Part shown: positions 28,682 to 37,702 of the stretch, one piece after another | Layout of the letters: the number at the start of each line of letters is the position of its first letter | Numbering within the stretch: position 1 is the stretch's first letter | NCBI GenBank assembly: GCA_965248435.1 | Contig: OZ252100.1 | Location: 3,424,001-3,488,000, forward strand | DNA from: Candidatus Latescibacterota bacterium | GTDB taxonomy: Bacteria; Latescibacterota; UBA2968; GCA-2709665 | DNA: 64,000 nt | Direction: 5' to 3' | Translations under genes and position numbers: made by a program | The notes under the pieces: model-generated | What the model saw: only the letters and a program-made list of their open reading frames with translations | The model's database searches: none | What the model was told of the DNA's origin: nothing

Positions 28682-29371
28682 ATGGCTGAGACCCTTCTAA
28701 AATTCGAACCCCGAGAGAAGGCGGGATCGCAGGGGGCCCGGCGCATGCGGCGGAACGGCCAGGTTCCGGGCGTCGTCTATGGTGATGGCGGACCCCCGTC
28801 GACCGTTTCTGTGGACCATAAAGCCCTGTGGGACCTCCTTCATCAGCGGGGTCGAAACGTGATCGTTTCTCTGGTGCCTGGTGATGATGGGGAGAAGGGC
28901 GCCCAGACAACGATCATAAAAGAACTCCAGCATCATCCGATTCGGGCGGAGATTCTCCACGTGGATTTTCACAGAATCTCCCTGACTGAGAAGATCGTTG
29001 TGGAGGTAGCCTTGGTGGTGGTCGGATCGGCGGTCGGTGTCCGAGAAGGGGGTGGGGTGCTGGAGCACATGCTGCATCGCGTGGAAGTAGAATGTCTGGC
29101 GGGGGAGATCCCGGATCGGATCGAAGTGGATGTTGCGCCGATGAACGTTGGCGACGCTCTTCACGTGTCCGACCTGGTTTTGGAGGGAGACGCGAGGATC
29201 GTTACCGAAGGGGATCGATCCGTTCTCGTCGTCGTCCCGCCGACGGTGGCTAAAGAACCGGAAGAGGAAGCCGAAGCCGAGGTGCTGGCTGAGGAAGAGG
29301 AAATGCTGGAACCCGAGGTAATCGAGAGAGGCAAGAAGGAAGAGCCTGACGAGGAAGGTGAGGAGAAGTAG
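28682..29371 (+). CDS. rplY: 50S ribosomal protein L25/Ctc, long form
   Basis: ARRMRRNGQVPGVVYG, IKELQHHPI..EILHVDF, GVREGGGVL, acidic tail. Confidence 0.95.
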   Translation: MAETLLKFEPREKAGSQGARRMRRNGQVPGVVYGDGGPPSTVSVDHKALWDLLHQRGRNVIVSLVPGDDGEKGAQTTIIKELQHHPIRAEILHVDFHRISLTEKIVVEVALVVVGSAVGVREGGGVLEHMLHRVEVECLAGEIPDRIEVDVAPMNVGDALHVSDLVLEGDARIVTEGDRSVLVVVPPTVAKEPEEEAEAEVLAEEEEMLEPEVIERGKKEEPDEEGEEK

Positions 29372-29382
29372 AGGCGGGCAGC

Positions 29383-29949
29383 GTTCTCAAGGCCGCGGTT
29401 GGGCTGGGCAACCCGGGAAATCGGTACGCGTCGACACGTCACAATCTTGGCTTCCGGGTGGTCGACCTGCTGCAAATGGAAAGTGGAGTCGGCTGGTCGA
29501 AGGCGCCAAGTTACCATTCGTGCGAGGTGCCCTGCGGTTCGGATCGGCTTCTCCTGGTCAAGCCGATGACTTTTATGAACGGGAGCGGTGTTGCGGTGGC
29601 GAATGTCGTGGAAGATTTCGGCTTGGGGCCCGTGGATATGCTGATGGTCGTTGACGACGTGAACCTGGATTTGGAGCGGATTCGCTTCCGTCGGGCGGGG
29701 AGTCACGGGAGGCACAATGGCCTGCGCTCCATCATCGACACCCTGGAGGTTTCAGGTTTTCACAGGCTCAGGATGGGCATCGGCGGGCCGCCCGCGGGCA
29801 CTGACCTGATCGACTTCGTGCTGAGTGGTTTCACCGAAGAAGAAGAAGCTTCTGTTGAGGCCTCTGTTCGTTCAGCCGCAGACGGGGTGTTTACCTGGCG
29901 GACTGAAGGTCTGGAGGCAGCTATGAATCGTTTCAACGCAGTTTCATAG
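29383..29949 (+). CDS. pth: Peptidyl-tRNA hydrolase; conserved N-terminus has no ATG/GTG/TTG start
   Basis: Frame upstream of ORF 29458 reads [28 protein letters not shown]; [30 protein letters not shown]. Confidence 0.92.
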   Translation, partial: VLKAAVGLGNPGNRYASTRHNLGFRVVDLLQMESGVGWSKAPSYHSCEVPCGSDRLLLVKPMTFMNGSGVAVANVVEDFGLGPVDMLMVVDDVNLDLERIRFRRAGSHGRHNGLRSIIDTLEVSGFHRLRMGIGGPPAGTDLIDFVLSGFTEEEEASVEASVRSAADGVFTWRTEGLEAAMNRFNAVS

Positions 29950-29966
29950 GATTAAACACTGGTGAG

Positions 29967-31982
29967 GTGGATGTGATTATATGGCCTCCGATACTGGGAG
30001 TGATTGGCCTTCTGATTGCGGTGTTGGTCTATCTCTACATTTTGAAGCAACCGGTTGGAACCGACCGGATGCGAGAGATTTCAGAGGCCATCCAGGAGGG
30101 TTCGATGGCCTTCCTGAAGCGTGAATACGGTGTTCTCGCCATTTTCATCGCGTTGGTATTCGTCCTGCTCTATCTAGGCATCAACCCCGCGACTGCCGTG
30201 GCTTTCCTCGGGGGAGCGATCTGTTCGATCGGCGCGGGTTTTATTGGAATGCAGGCGGCGACGCGCGCGAACGTCAGGACCTCTTGGGCGGCCAACCAGA
30301 AGGGCGAGGCAAAGGCCTTGGAAGTGGCCTTCGCCGGTGGCACGGTGATGGGTCTTGCGGTCGCCAGCCTCGGCATGTTCGGTGTCGGCGTGTTGTTTTA
30401 TTTCTACGGCACTCCCTCGCAGGCGGCGATCATCAACGGGTTCGCGATGGGCGCGAGTTCTATCGCGCTCTTCGCTCGCGTGGGAGGCGGCATCTACACC
30501 AAGACAGCCGACGTGGGCGCCGACCTGGTGGGTAAGGTGGAGTTAGGCATCCCGGAAGACGACCCGCGCAATCCGGCGGTGATCGCCGACCACGTGGGCG
30601 ACAACGTGGGTGATGTGGCGGGAATGGGCGCGGACATTTTCGAGTCTTACGTGGGCTCGATCGTGGCAACGATCGCGATCGCCGCAACGGCAGGTTCGGC
30701 GCTGCTGAATAAGCTGGGCGGCGACGGGGTTCTGGAGGAGTCCGCGATCAAGGCGCTGGCGATGCAGCTGCCGCTTATGGTGGTGATGATCGGTCTGGTT
30801 GCCTCTCTGGTCGGCGTGCTTTCGATGCGGGTGCTTCAATACCTCAGTCCCGCTGCCGCACTGAGGTATGCCTCTTTTATTGCTGCTTTTCTCATGTTTC
30901 TGGGCAGCTACTTCGCGATCCGGGAGATCGGTTTGTCGATGGGGGTGTTCTGGGCGATCCTGTCCGGCGGGCTGACCGGGATCACGATCGGCCTGCTGAC
31001 CGAGTACTATACTGGAGGCGCTCCGGTCCGTAGGATTGCTGAGGCCTCCCAGACAGGACCTGCGACCAATATCATCTCAGGTCTGGCGGTAGGGATGGAG
31101 AGCACAGCGCTTCCCGTGCTCGGCATCTGTATCGCCATCGGTCTGGCATTCCACTTTGCGGGACTTTACGGGATCGGCATTGCGGCGGTAGGGATGCTGG
31201 CCACGGTGGGCATCACGATGGCCGTGGATGCGTATGGACCAATCGCGGACAACGCGGGCGGGATCTCCGAGATGTCTGAGTTGGGGCCCGAGACGCGGAA
31301 GATTACAGACGGGCTGGATTCCCTGGGGAATACGACGGCGGCCATTGGCAAGGGGTTCGCGATCGGGTCGGCGGCGCTGACCGCACTGGCCATGTTTTCT
31401 GCCTACACGGCGGCGGTCAAGCTGGACGTAATCAACCTGACTTCGCCGATCGTGGTGATCGGTTTCTTTATCGGCGGGGTTATCCCCTTTCTCGTGGCCG
31501 CACAGACGATGACTTCGGTGGGGCGGGCGGCCTTTTTGATGGTAGAAGAGGTTCGGCGTCAGTTTCGGGAGATCCCGGGGTTGATGGAGGGAACCGGCAA
31601 GCCGGATACCCGGCAGTGTGTGGACATCAGCACGGTCGCGGCCCTCCGGGAGATGATTCTTCCGGGACTGGTTGCGGTCGTCGCGCCGGTGGCCGTCGGA
31701 TTCGCGCTCGGTCCAGAGGCGCTCGGCGGAATGCTTGGAGGGGCGACGCTGACCGGCGTCCTGATGGCCCTGATGATGGCGAACAGCGGCGGAGCGCTGG
31801 ACAACGGGAAGAAGTGGATCGAGGAGGGAAATCTGGGCGGCAAGGGATCGGAGGCCCACAAGGCGGCGGTGGTGGGAGATACGGTGGGAGATCCGTTGAA
31901 GGATACCTCTGGACCCTCCATGAACATCCTGATTAAACTGATGTCCGTCGTCTCGCTGGTGCTGGCTCCCCTTTTGGTTTGA
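29967..31982 (+). CDS. hppA: Membrane-bound ion-translocating pyrophosphatase, K+-dependent type (probably Na+-PPase)
   Basis: [60 protein letters not shown] (Ala signature), [14 protein letters not shown]. Confidence 0.95.
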   Translation: MDVIIWPPILGVIGLLIAVLVYLYILKQPVGTDRMREISEAIQEGSMAFLKREYGVLAIFIALVFVLLYLGINPATAVAFLGGAICSIGAGFIGMQAATRANVRTSWAANQKGEAKALEVAFAGGTVMGLAVASLGMFGVGVLFYFYGTPSQAAIINGFAMGASSIALFARVGGGIYTKTADVGADLVGKVELGIPEDDPRNPAVIADHVGDNVGDVAGMGADIFESYVGSIVATIAIAATAGSALLNKLGGDGVLEESAIKALAMQLPLMVVMIGLVASLVGVLSMRVLQYLSPAAALRYASFIAAFLMFLGSYFAIREIGLSMGVFWAILSGGLTGITIGLLTEYYTGGAPVRRIAEASQTGPATNIISGLAVGMESTALPVLGICIAIGLAFHFAGLYGIGIAAVGMLATVGITMAVDAYGPIADNAGGISEMSELGPETRKITDGLDSLGNTTAAIGKGFAIGSAALTALAMFSAYTAAVKLDVINLTSPIVVIGFFIGGVIPFLVAAQTMTSVGRAAFLMVEEVRRQFREIPGLMEGTGKPDTRQCVDISTVAALREMILPGLVAVVAPVAVGFALGPEALGGMLGGATLTGVLMALMMANSGGALDNGKKWIEEGNLGGKGSEAHKAAVVGDTVGDPLKDTSGPSMNILIKLMSVVSLVLAPLLV

Positions 31983-32011
31983 AACCCGAGGTAGGATGGA
32001 TCGGAGGTTCG

Positions 32012-32419
32012 ATGTCAAGGAGCTATGAAATTTCGCTGATTTTGGACTCACAGCTCGCGGAGGATGCAATTGACGGGGCGATTGAACGGTGTGAGGGGTT
32101 TCTCACGGGTGAAGGTGCCACGGTCGTCGATGTGAACCGGATGGGCGTCCGAAAGCTGGCATACGAAGTCGGCAAACATCAGCAGGGGTTCTACACATTC
32201 ATCAAGTTTGAGGCCGAACCACAGATTCTTCCGGAGTTGGAGCGACTCTGCAAGCTGGAAGAGTCCGTGCTTCGACATATGGTTCTCGTGAACGAGGGCA
32301 GGTTCGAGGAGGTTCCCCCAGACACCGCGGTTGAGGCGAGCGAAGCGGTTGATACGGAGGCGGACGCACGGGAACTCCCGGTGGAGAAAGATCCAGCAGC
32401 AGGAGAGACCGAAGAATGA
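32012..32419 (+). CDS. rpsF: 30S ribosomal protein S6
   Basis: [29 protein letters not shown]. Confidence 0.93.
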   Translation: MSRSYEISLILDSQLAEDAIDGAIERCEGFLTGEGATVVDVNRMGVRKLAYEVGKHQQGFYTFIKFEAEPQILPELERLCKLEESVLRHMVLVNEGRFEEVPPDTAVEASEAVDTEADARELPVEKDPAAGETEE

Positions 32420-32661
32420 ATGAGCGAAAAATGAGTGAGCGGAGAGTACGCGTGAAGGTCTGTCGCTTTTGCGAAGACAAAGCGCTTAAGATCGAATACA
32501 AGGACGAGCGATTGCTCAGGCGATTCATCACCGAACGTGGAAAGATCATTCCGAGGCGAATGTCCGGCACCTGTGCACGACATCAGCGTCTGGTGACGCG
32601 TGCGATCAAGCGGGCCCGCCAGGTCGCGCTCCTGCCGTTCGCCTCCGAAGCCGTCAGGTAG
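32416..32661 (+). CDS. rpsR: 30S ribosomal protein S18 (Zn-ligand form)
   Basis: [46 protein letters not shown]. Confidence 0.96.
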   Translation: MNERKMSERRVRVKVCRFCEDKALKIEYKDERLLRRFITERGKIIPRRMSGTCARHQRLVTRAIKRARQVALLPFASEAVR

Positions 32662-32672
32662 GGAGTCCGCGG

Positions 32673-33116
32673 ATGAAAGTGATTCTTACAGAGGATCTAG
32701 ATGGACTCGGAGAGTCCGGAAATACCGTCGAAGTCAAGGACGGCTACGCAAGGAACTACCTGCTGCCTCAAAAGCTGGCCCTGGTGGCGAGCAAGGGCAA
32801 CACGGCAGTCTATGGAGAGATGCGGCGTCAGAAGCAGGCCCAGCGGACACGGGTGAAGCGGGCGGCAGAGAGCCTCGCCAAGCAGGTGGAAAAGGCCTCT
32901 TGTACGGTCCCAGTCGCGGTGGGAGAAGAGGACCGGATATACGGCTCGGTAACGGCGCAGCAGATTGCGGATCTTTTGAAGGAGCAGGGGCTTGAGATCG
33001 ACCGCCGGTCGATTCGGCTCGAGGAACCGATAAAGGCGCTCGGCGTTTATGACGTTCCCATCCAGCTCCATTCGGAGGTTGAGGCGAAGGTCAAGGTGTG
33101 GGTGGTTCAGGAGTAA
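32673..33116 (+). CDS. rplI: 50S ribosomal protein L9
   Basis: MKVIL.EDL.GLG..G..VEVKDGYARNYLLP, IYGSVT, PIKALG. Confidence 0.97.
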   Translation: MKVILTEDLDGLGESGNTVEVKDGYARNYLLPQKLALVASKGNTAVYGEMRRQKQAQRTRVKRAAESLAKQVEKASCTVPVAVGEEDRIYGSVTAQQIADLLKEQGLEIDRRSIRLEEPIKALGVYDVPIQLHSEVEAKVKVWVVQE

Positions 33117-33159
33117 GGTCTGAAAATTCGGTACGGATCCTGCGAAGGTGTTAAACGAG

Positions 33160-33193
33160 GCGAGGGGCGACATCTGCCCCTCGCTATCCTTTT
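33160..33193 (+). terminator. Probable intrinsic terminator after rplI
   Basis: GCGAGGGGC-7 nt-GCCCCTCGC followed by TATCCTTTT. Confidence 0.6.
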
Positions 33194-33250
33194 GTAAGGT
33201 TACCTATCCTTCCGGTCGATTGCGATGACGTGATGGCAATTCGCTTACGG

Positions 33251-33511
33251 CTATTTTCTCCGCTTGAATATGGAGACCACGACCTCGGCGCCTGAACGAT
33301 AAGAAGATGCCAACTCCCAGCCTTCCACGCCTATCTTCTTGATCTTCTTGAGATCGCTGCCGCCCTTCTTGAGATTCGGGCTGTGGGCGAGGATTCGGTA
33401 CTCCCATCTCGGGGTCTTAGACTTGAATTCTCCTGCAGCATAGTTAGTTACAGCAAAAGATCCGAACAGGAATGCCGAGACGACCAGGACCACCCAGACT
33501 CTTGATCGCAC
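33251..33511 (-). CDS. Small exported DUF4177-like protein
   Basis: N-terminal signal/TM segment; WEYRIL...GVEGWELAS...IFKR pattern; AAGGAG SD upstream. Confidence 0.65.
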   Translation of the reverse strand: MRSRVWVVLVVSAFLFGSFAVTNYAAGEFKSKTPRWEYRILAHSPNLKKGGSDLKKIKKIGVEGWELASSYRSGAEVVVSIFKRRK

Positions 33512-33561
33512 AGTAATGCTCCTTTCATGTTGTTATGAATCTAATCGGCCGACCCTGCACG

Positions 33562-34518
33562 TTAAACGTCGCGGGCGCACCGAAATCCGATGTTGCCGGT
33601 GGAGCTTTCGGGCGTATTGGCGCTCCGAGCGGCCACCCGGTAGCGGTTGCAATAGGAATCGTGACAGAGGTAGGAACCGCCCCGCATGACCTTGGCGCCA
33701 CCAGACTCAGGCCCGCTGGGGTTTTCTCGCGGCCCCTCGAGATGAAAGTCGGAGCTGAACCAATCGTCGCACCATTCCCATACATTGCCGGACACATTGT
33801 AAAGGCCGAAGCCGTTAGGCTGAAATGAGCGGGCCGGCGCCGTGCCCTGGTATCCGTCTTCTTTCGAGTTGTGGTCGGGGAAGCTTCCCTGCCAGATGTT
33901 GCACGCGTGCCCGCCGTTCGGGACGAGTTCGTCTCCCCACGGATAGGTCTTACCCTCGAGTCCTCCCCTGGCGGCGTACTCCCACTCCGCTTCGGTAGGC
34001 AGCCTCTTCCCGCGCCATTCGCAGTAGGCGGCGGCGTCGTTCCAGGAGATGTGGACGACGGGGTGATCTGTGCGGTTCCTTACGGTCGATCCGGTGCCCT
34101 CTGGGCGGTTCCAGCAGGCACCCTCCACCGGCCACCACCACGGCGTATCCAGGACCGCACGGGTTACCCTCGAAGCCGCTTTGGAGGGGACGAAGCTGTG
34201 GAAAACGAAGGACCACCCGAACTGCTCGGCCTCCGTCTTGTAGCGTGTGGCCTTTGCGAACTTTTCGAATTCCGCGTTGGTGACCGCCGTCGTCTCCAGG
34301 TGGAAAGGGCCGATCCGGACGCTCCTTTGGGGTCCTTCACCGTCATCCGGGAAACCGACTTCGTCATCCGTCCCCATCAGAAACGGTCCCCCTGGTAGAA
34401 GCACCATTCCTTTTGTTCTGGCTTTCCGGCTCCGAGAACGAGCGCGCGACGTTCTTGTCCGTTTGGAAGGCGGAGTGGGCCTTTGGGCAGCGCAACAGGG
34501 GGACTCGGTGACCGACAC
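33562..34518 (-). CDS. Formylglycine-generating enzyme (SUMF1/FGE, catalytic Cys pair present)
   Basis: HPVVHISWNDA, RLPTEAEWEYAARGG, GNVWEWC, RGGSYLCHDSYCNRYRVAAR, GFRC; start GTG 34518 with AGGAG. Confidence 0.93.
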   Translation of the reverse strand: MSVTESPCCAAQRPTPPSKRTRTSRARSRSRKARTKGMVLLPGGPFLMGTDDEVGFPDDGEGPQRSVRIGPFHLETTAVTNAEFEKFAKATRYKTEAEQFGWSFVFHSFVPSKAASRVTRAVLDTPWWWPVEGACWNRPEGTGSTVRNRTDHPVVHISWNDAAAYCEWRGKRLPTEAEWEYAARGGLEGKTYPWGDELVPNGGHACNIWQGSFPDHNSKEDGYQGTAPARSFQPNGFGLYNVSGNVWEWCDDWFSSDFHLEGPRENPSGPESGGAKVMRGGSYLCHDSYCNRYRVAARSANTPESSTGNIGFRCARDV

Positions 34519-34792
34519 GGTGTTGCTCCTTTTCTCGGCGAAAGTTCTCAGCGCTGAGATCGAATGATAAGACGTCGCTGTTCGGGTGTCAAGCCGATCG
34601 ATATCGAGTGTAAACACGCACCCGCAACGAGGAAGAAATGATGGAGAGGGGGTGGCGAATCTCTGTTCGTCACAATTTCAGAAGGGGCGACAGGTGGGGG
34701 TTGCCTATATTATAGGTAAAAGGTTCAGGAGTTCGGGCTGTGATACGGAGGGGCAGGGGCGCTGCCGGATTTCAAGATTCAAGGAGTGAGGC

Positions 34793-35218
34793 GTGGTTAG
34801 AGTGTTCCTGGCTGGGTTTGTTTTGTCGCTGATTCTGGTAGAGGATATTTCTGCGGTAAACGATTCACGGCCTCGAGGTCTTCTGGATTCAGCCGGGGGA
34901 ACCGCGGTTTCAGAACGCTTCCGACTAGGCCAGGGATCGCTGGGACAGCCGTTCGAAACGACGAGCCGTTTCTCGGAACAGTATTCTGTTCTGACAGGAT
35001 TCCTGCACCTCCGTCCAGAAACGGCAGCGATTCTAAAAGGTGACTTCAACGGAGACCGGGCCGTGGATTTCCTGGACTTCGTGGCCTTCGCGATGGGGTT
35101 CGGGAGGTCCAGGGGCGAGGCTGAATTCGATCAACGTCTGGACCTGGATCGCGACGATGAGGTAGGGTTCGGGGATTTTCTGATCTTCGTGATCGCGTTC
35201 GGGACTCCCGCCCCGTAG
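34793..35218 (+). CDS. Small secreted protein with C-terminal dockerin-like double EF-hand
   Basis: Signal peptide; DSAGG...GSLGQP...YSVLTGF domain; GDFNGDRAVDFLDF...FG and DLDRDDEVGFGDF...FG. Confidence 0.8.
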   Translation: MVRVFLAGFVLSLILVEDISAVNDSRPRGLLDSAGGTAVSERFRLGQGSLGQPFETTSRFSEQYSVLTGFLHLRPETAAILKGDFNGDRAVDFLDFVAFAMGFGRSRGEAEFDQRLDLDRDDEVGFGDFLIFVIAFGTPAP

Positions 35219-35222
35219 TGCA

Positions 35223-36179
35223 TTACTCGTAGTAGATCCTGATGAGCACAAAGCCTGTCCTGATCATGCCGGTCCCCCCCTGTACCCTACGTTCGACGGA
35301 GAGACGGTACTTTGCCGCTCCGAGGGAGAGGTAGCCGAAGTTGGTGACGCTGGAGAACCTGAGGTCGAAGCTGCCAACGAACGGGATCCCTGAGAGGTTA
35401 CCGATATCCACGATGAGCGGTCCTTTCGGATCCCTGGGTTCGACAGAGAGCCGCGTCTGAAAGCCCCCGCTCACCGAGACGGACCCACTGAACTGGATGT
35501 CCAGGATCGCGTTTCGATCCAGTGTAAAAAAGACGTCGAGCGGCGCTATCGGCACCCACCTGCTGTCGGGCGGGATGAGCAGTGAATCCTGGACATTTCT
35601 GATAATGATCGAATCGGGCACGAGGCCTCGGGCGGGCACGGGCGGACCGGTCCAATTGCCGGTTCTATCGATGAGGCCAACGCCGCCCACGATCAGGCTG
35701 TCTATCGTCAGGGTTCCGGATGTATCCAGGCGGGCCTTGCCGCCGCTAAGCGTTACGCTGCTCGGAGAGATGGGCCTGCCCGAGACGTCCTCGGCCTGAG
35801 CGGCGTGGAGGGCGTATGCGACGCTCAGGATCCGCTGCCTCGGGAGGAGTTCGGCGTCGTCTTCTACGGCCAGAGAAAGGTAGCGCTCCCCTCCGGAAAA
35901 AATGTCATCCGGGATCGGTGAAACGCTTCCCATGAGGACGTTGAATTGCCCTTCGGATACTTCGACGGTCTGCGATTCGGACCACAGCGGAGATCCACCC
36001 GTCTCGATCCCATAGATGGAAAAGTGAATCTGGATGCTTCCTTCGAGGAGCGAATCTGCCGCCGTTTGGAGAAGCCCCTGATAATTGATCAGTCTGGGCA
36101 CGTCCGACTGGGCAGACTGAGGGTAGAGAAACAGGGTAACGAACGGGAGAAACGTAAGGTAGAAGGCGCGTCGAGACAT
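35223..36179 (-). CDS. Secreted fibre/adhesin-like protein with N-terminal INYQG domain and beta-rich C-terminal head
   Basis: Signal peptide; VPRLINYQGLL...FSIY...GG.PLWSE.Q...G.FNVLMGS...RYL...PRQRILSVAYALHA; beta-strand-rich C-terminus. Confidence 0.65.
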   Translation of the reverse strand: MSRRAFYLTFLPFVTLFLYPQSAQSDVPRLINYQGLLQTAADSLLEGSIQIHFSIYGIETGGSPLWSESQTVEVSEGQFNVLMGSVSPIPDDIFSGGERYLSLAVEDDAELLPRQRILSVAYALHAAQAEDVSGRPISPSSVTLSGGKARLDTSGTLTIDSLIVGGVGLIDRTGNWTGPPVPARGLVPDSIIIRNVQDSLLIPPDSRWVPIAPLDVFFTLDRNAILDIQFSGSVSVSGGFQTRLSVEPRDPKGPLIVDIGNLSGIPFVGSFDLRFSSVTNFGYLSLGAAKYRLSVERRVQGGTGMIRTGFVLIRIYYE

Positions 36180-36429
36180 GGAGGCGGGCAAGGATTGGAG
36201 AATTGTCCATCGAGTGGGCATCCGGTCTGTCCTGCGGCAAAAGTTAACGAGGCAGTTCTCCGAGGGCAAGCGAATAAGATCGTTAGGGTCCCAAATCCCC
36301 TTTTTAGCTTGATTTTTCTACAGGTGTGGGTCTATATTTGGCATCCACGCTCGTGTGTCCCCAAAGGGCGAAGTCTTTGTTATCAGTAGAGAAGCGTTCC
36401 CCTGGTCCAAAAGGGAGGAAGGTCCGTCC

Positions 36430-37059
36430 ATGAGGATAGAAATGGAGGTGGTCGGGGTGGCTCCGGAGCCGAACAGCAACCGTCCGCTCGTTTGGCTGCG
36501 GGATAAAGACCAGCGGGTGTTTCTACCGATCGCCATCGGGAATTTCGAGGCGACCGCGATCTACATGGAGCTTTACAAAGAGCCTCCGCCCAGGCCGATT
36601 ACCTACGATCTGATGCGGTCCGTCCTGGACGGGTTAGGGGTGAACGTTGTCAGCGTGGTCATCAACGCACTCCGGGAAGATACATTCTATGCAGAAATCA
36701 CCCTGGCGCTTGGGGAGAAGCGGTTGGGGATCGATTCCCGCCCGAGCGATGCGATCGCGCTGGCGCTTCGAACGGGAGCGTCTATCTACGCCGATGAAAC
36801 GGTCATTCACGAAGCTGGGTTACCGCTGGAGCGGGAAGTGGAGCTCAATTCCGACCTGGAGGGGATCGATGAGGTGTTGAAGTCTCTCGAAGACGGGGAT
36901 GGGTCACACGGGGTAGAAGGGACCGGGGATATCGTGGAGCCCAAAGTTGTGACGCTGAAGGCGAGGCTGCAGGAGGCAGTGGATCGAGAGGAATATGAAG
37001 AGGCGGCGCGGATTCGGGACGAGATTGGGCGGCTCGAACACGAAGACCGCCTGGGATAG
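36430..37059 (+). CDS. Bifunctional nuclease (DUF151) family protein with C-terminal UVR domain
   Basis: LPIAIG.FEATAI, PRPITYDL, FYAEI, IDSRPSDAIALALR, EEYEEAARIRDEI. Confidence 0.92.
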   Translation: MRIEMEVVGVAPEPNSNRPLVWLRDKDQRVFLPIAIGNFEATAIYMELYKEPPPRPITYDLMRSVLDGLGVNVVSVVINALREDTFYAEITLALGEKRLGIDSRPSDAIALALRTGASIYADETVIHEAGLPLEREVELNSDLEGIDEVLKSLEDGDGSHGVEGTGDIVEPKVVTLKARLQEAVDREEYEEAARIRDEIGRLEHEDRLG

Positions 37060-37214
37060 GTGAAGGGTGAGTGTCCTATGTTGTAGTCAACCGATCCTTG
37101 ACCTCTATAACTTGTAGATTTCTGGATTCGTAGGATCTTATTTTTGTAGTGTTGCACTCTTCCGAGCCCCTTTTCAAGGCGAAAAATAGGCCAAACTATT
37201 AGGGTAAAAAAAGC

Positions 37215-37243
37215 TTGACAGAGGGTTTTGCTATGCGTATACT
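37215..37243 (+). promoter_or_regulatory. Near-consensus sigma70 promoter for the 1543-aa surface protein
   Basis: TTGACA-17 nt-TATACT preceded by an A-tract (UP-element-like). Confidence 0.7.
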
Positions 37244-37616
37244 TAGGCCACCCTCTTGGAAAAATCAAGGGGATATCCGCGTGCACTTAATGAAGAAAAT
37301 CAATTTTGACAGTCGTTCAAAAATAGAGATTGAGACTTAGTTTTTGCTGGAGGTGTTGCTCGACACTTGTTATATGTTTGAAATCACTCCTACAGATGGC
37401 ATTCGTTGAACATCCGTGCTGATATTCTGAACGCGTTTCAAATTCATCATTCTGAACGAAGAAGGGGGGGATTGACATAAATGCAGTAACGATGGCTCTC
37501 CTCAATGGAGCTTCGTGGACTCACCCCAGGTATATCGGGCTCGGTTTTCTCGCAACGAGGAGAGTTTCCATTTTCTGTGTTGAAGATGTTTTGGATTTGG
37601 TTTGAAATTTCGATAT

Positions 37617-37680
37617 GTAGTATATATCCGAAGTAGTATAGATCCGAAGTAGTATAGATCCGAAAGTAGTATAGATCCGA
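37617..37680 (+). repeat. Four tandem copies of a 16-bp unit GTAGTATAGATCCGAA
   Basis: Units start at 37617, 37633, 37649 (extra A) and 37666; the array ends 9 nt before SD AAGGAGG. Confidence 0.95.
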
Positions 37681-37702
37681 GAACTCTATAAGGAGGTTTA
37701 GG

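Noticed and set aside
33562-34518. Diversity-generating retroelement target (FGE/CLec fold)
   Set aside because: Keeps the catalytic CHDSYC cysteines of true FGE; no reverse transcriptase or template repeat in the window
35223-36179. Prophage tail fibre
   Set aside because: Has a signal peptide and no neighbouring phage genes; better explained as a cellular surface protein
37617-37680. CRISPR array
   Set aside because: Units are 16 bp and directly adjacent with no spacers; no cas genes in the window
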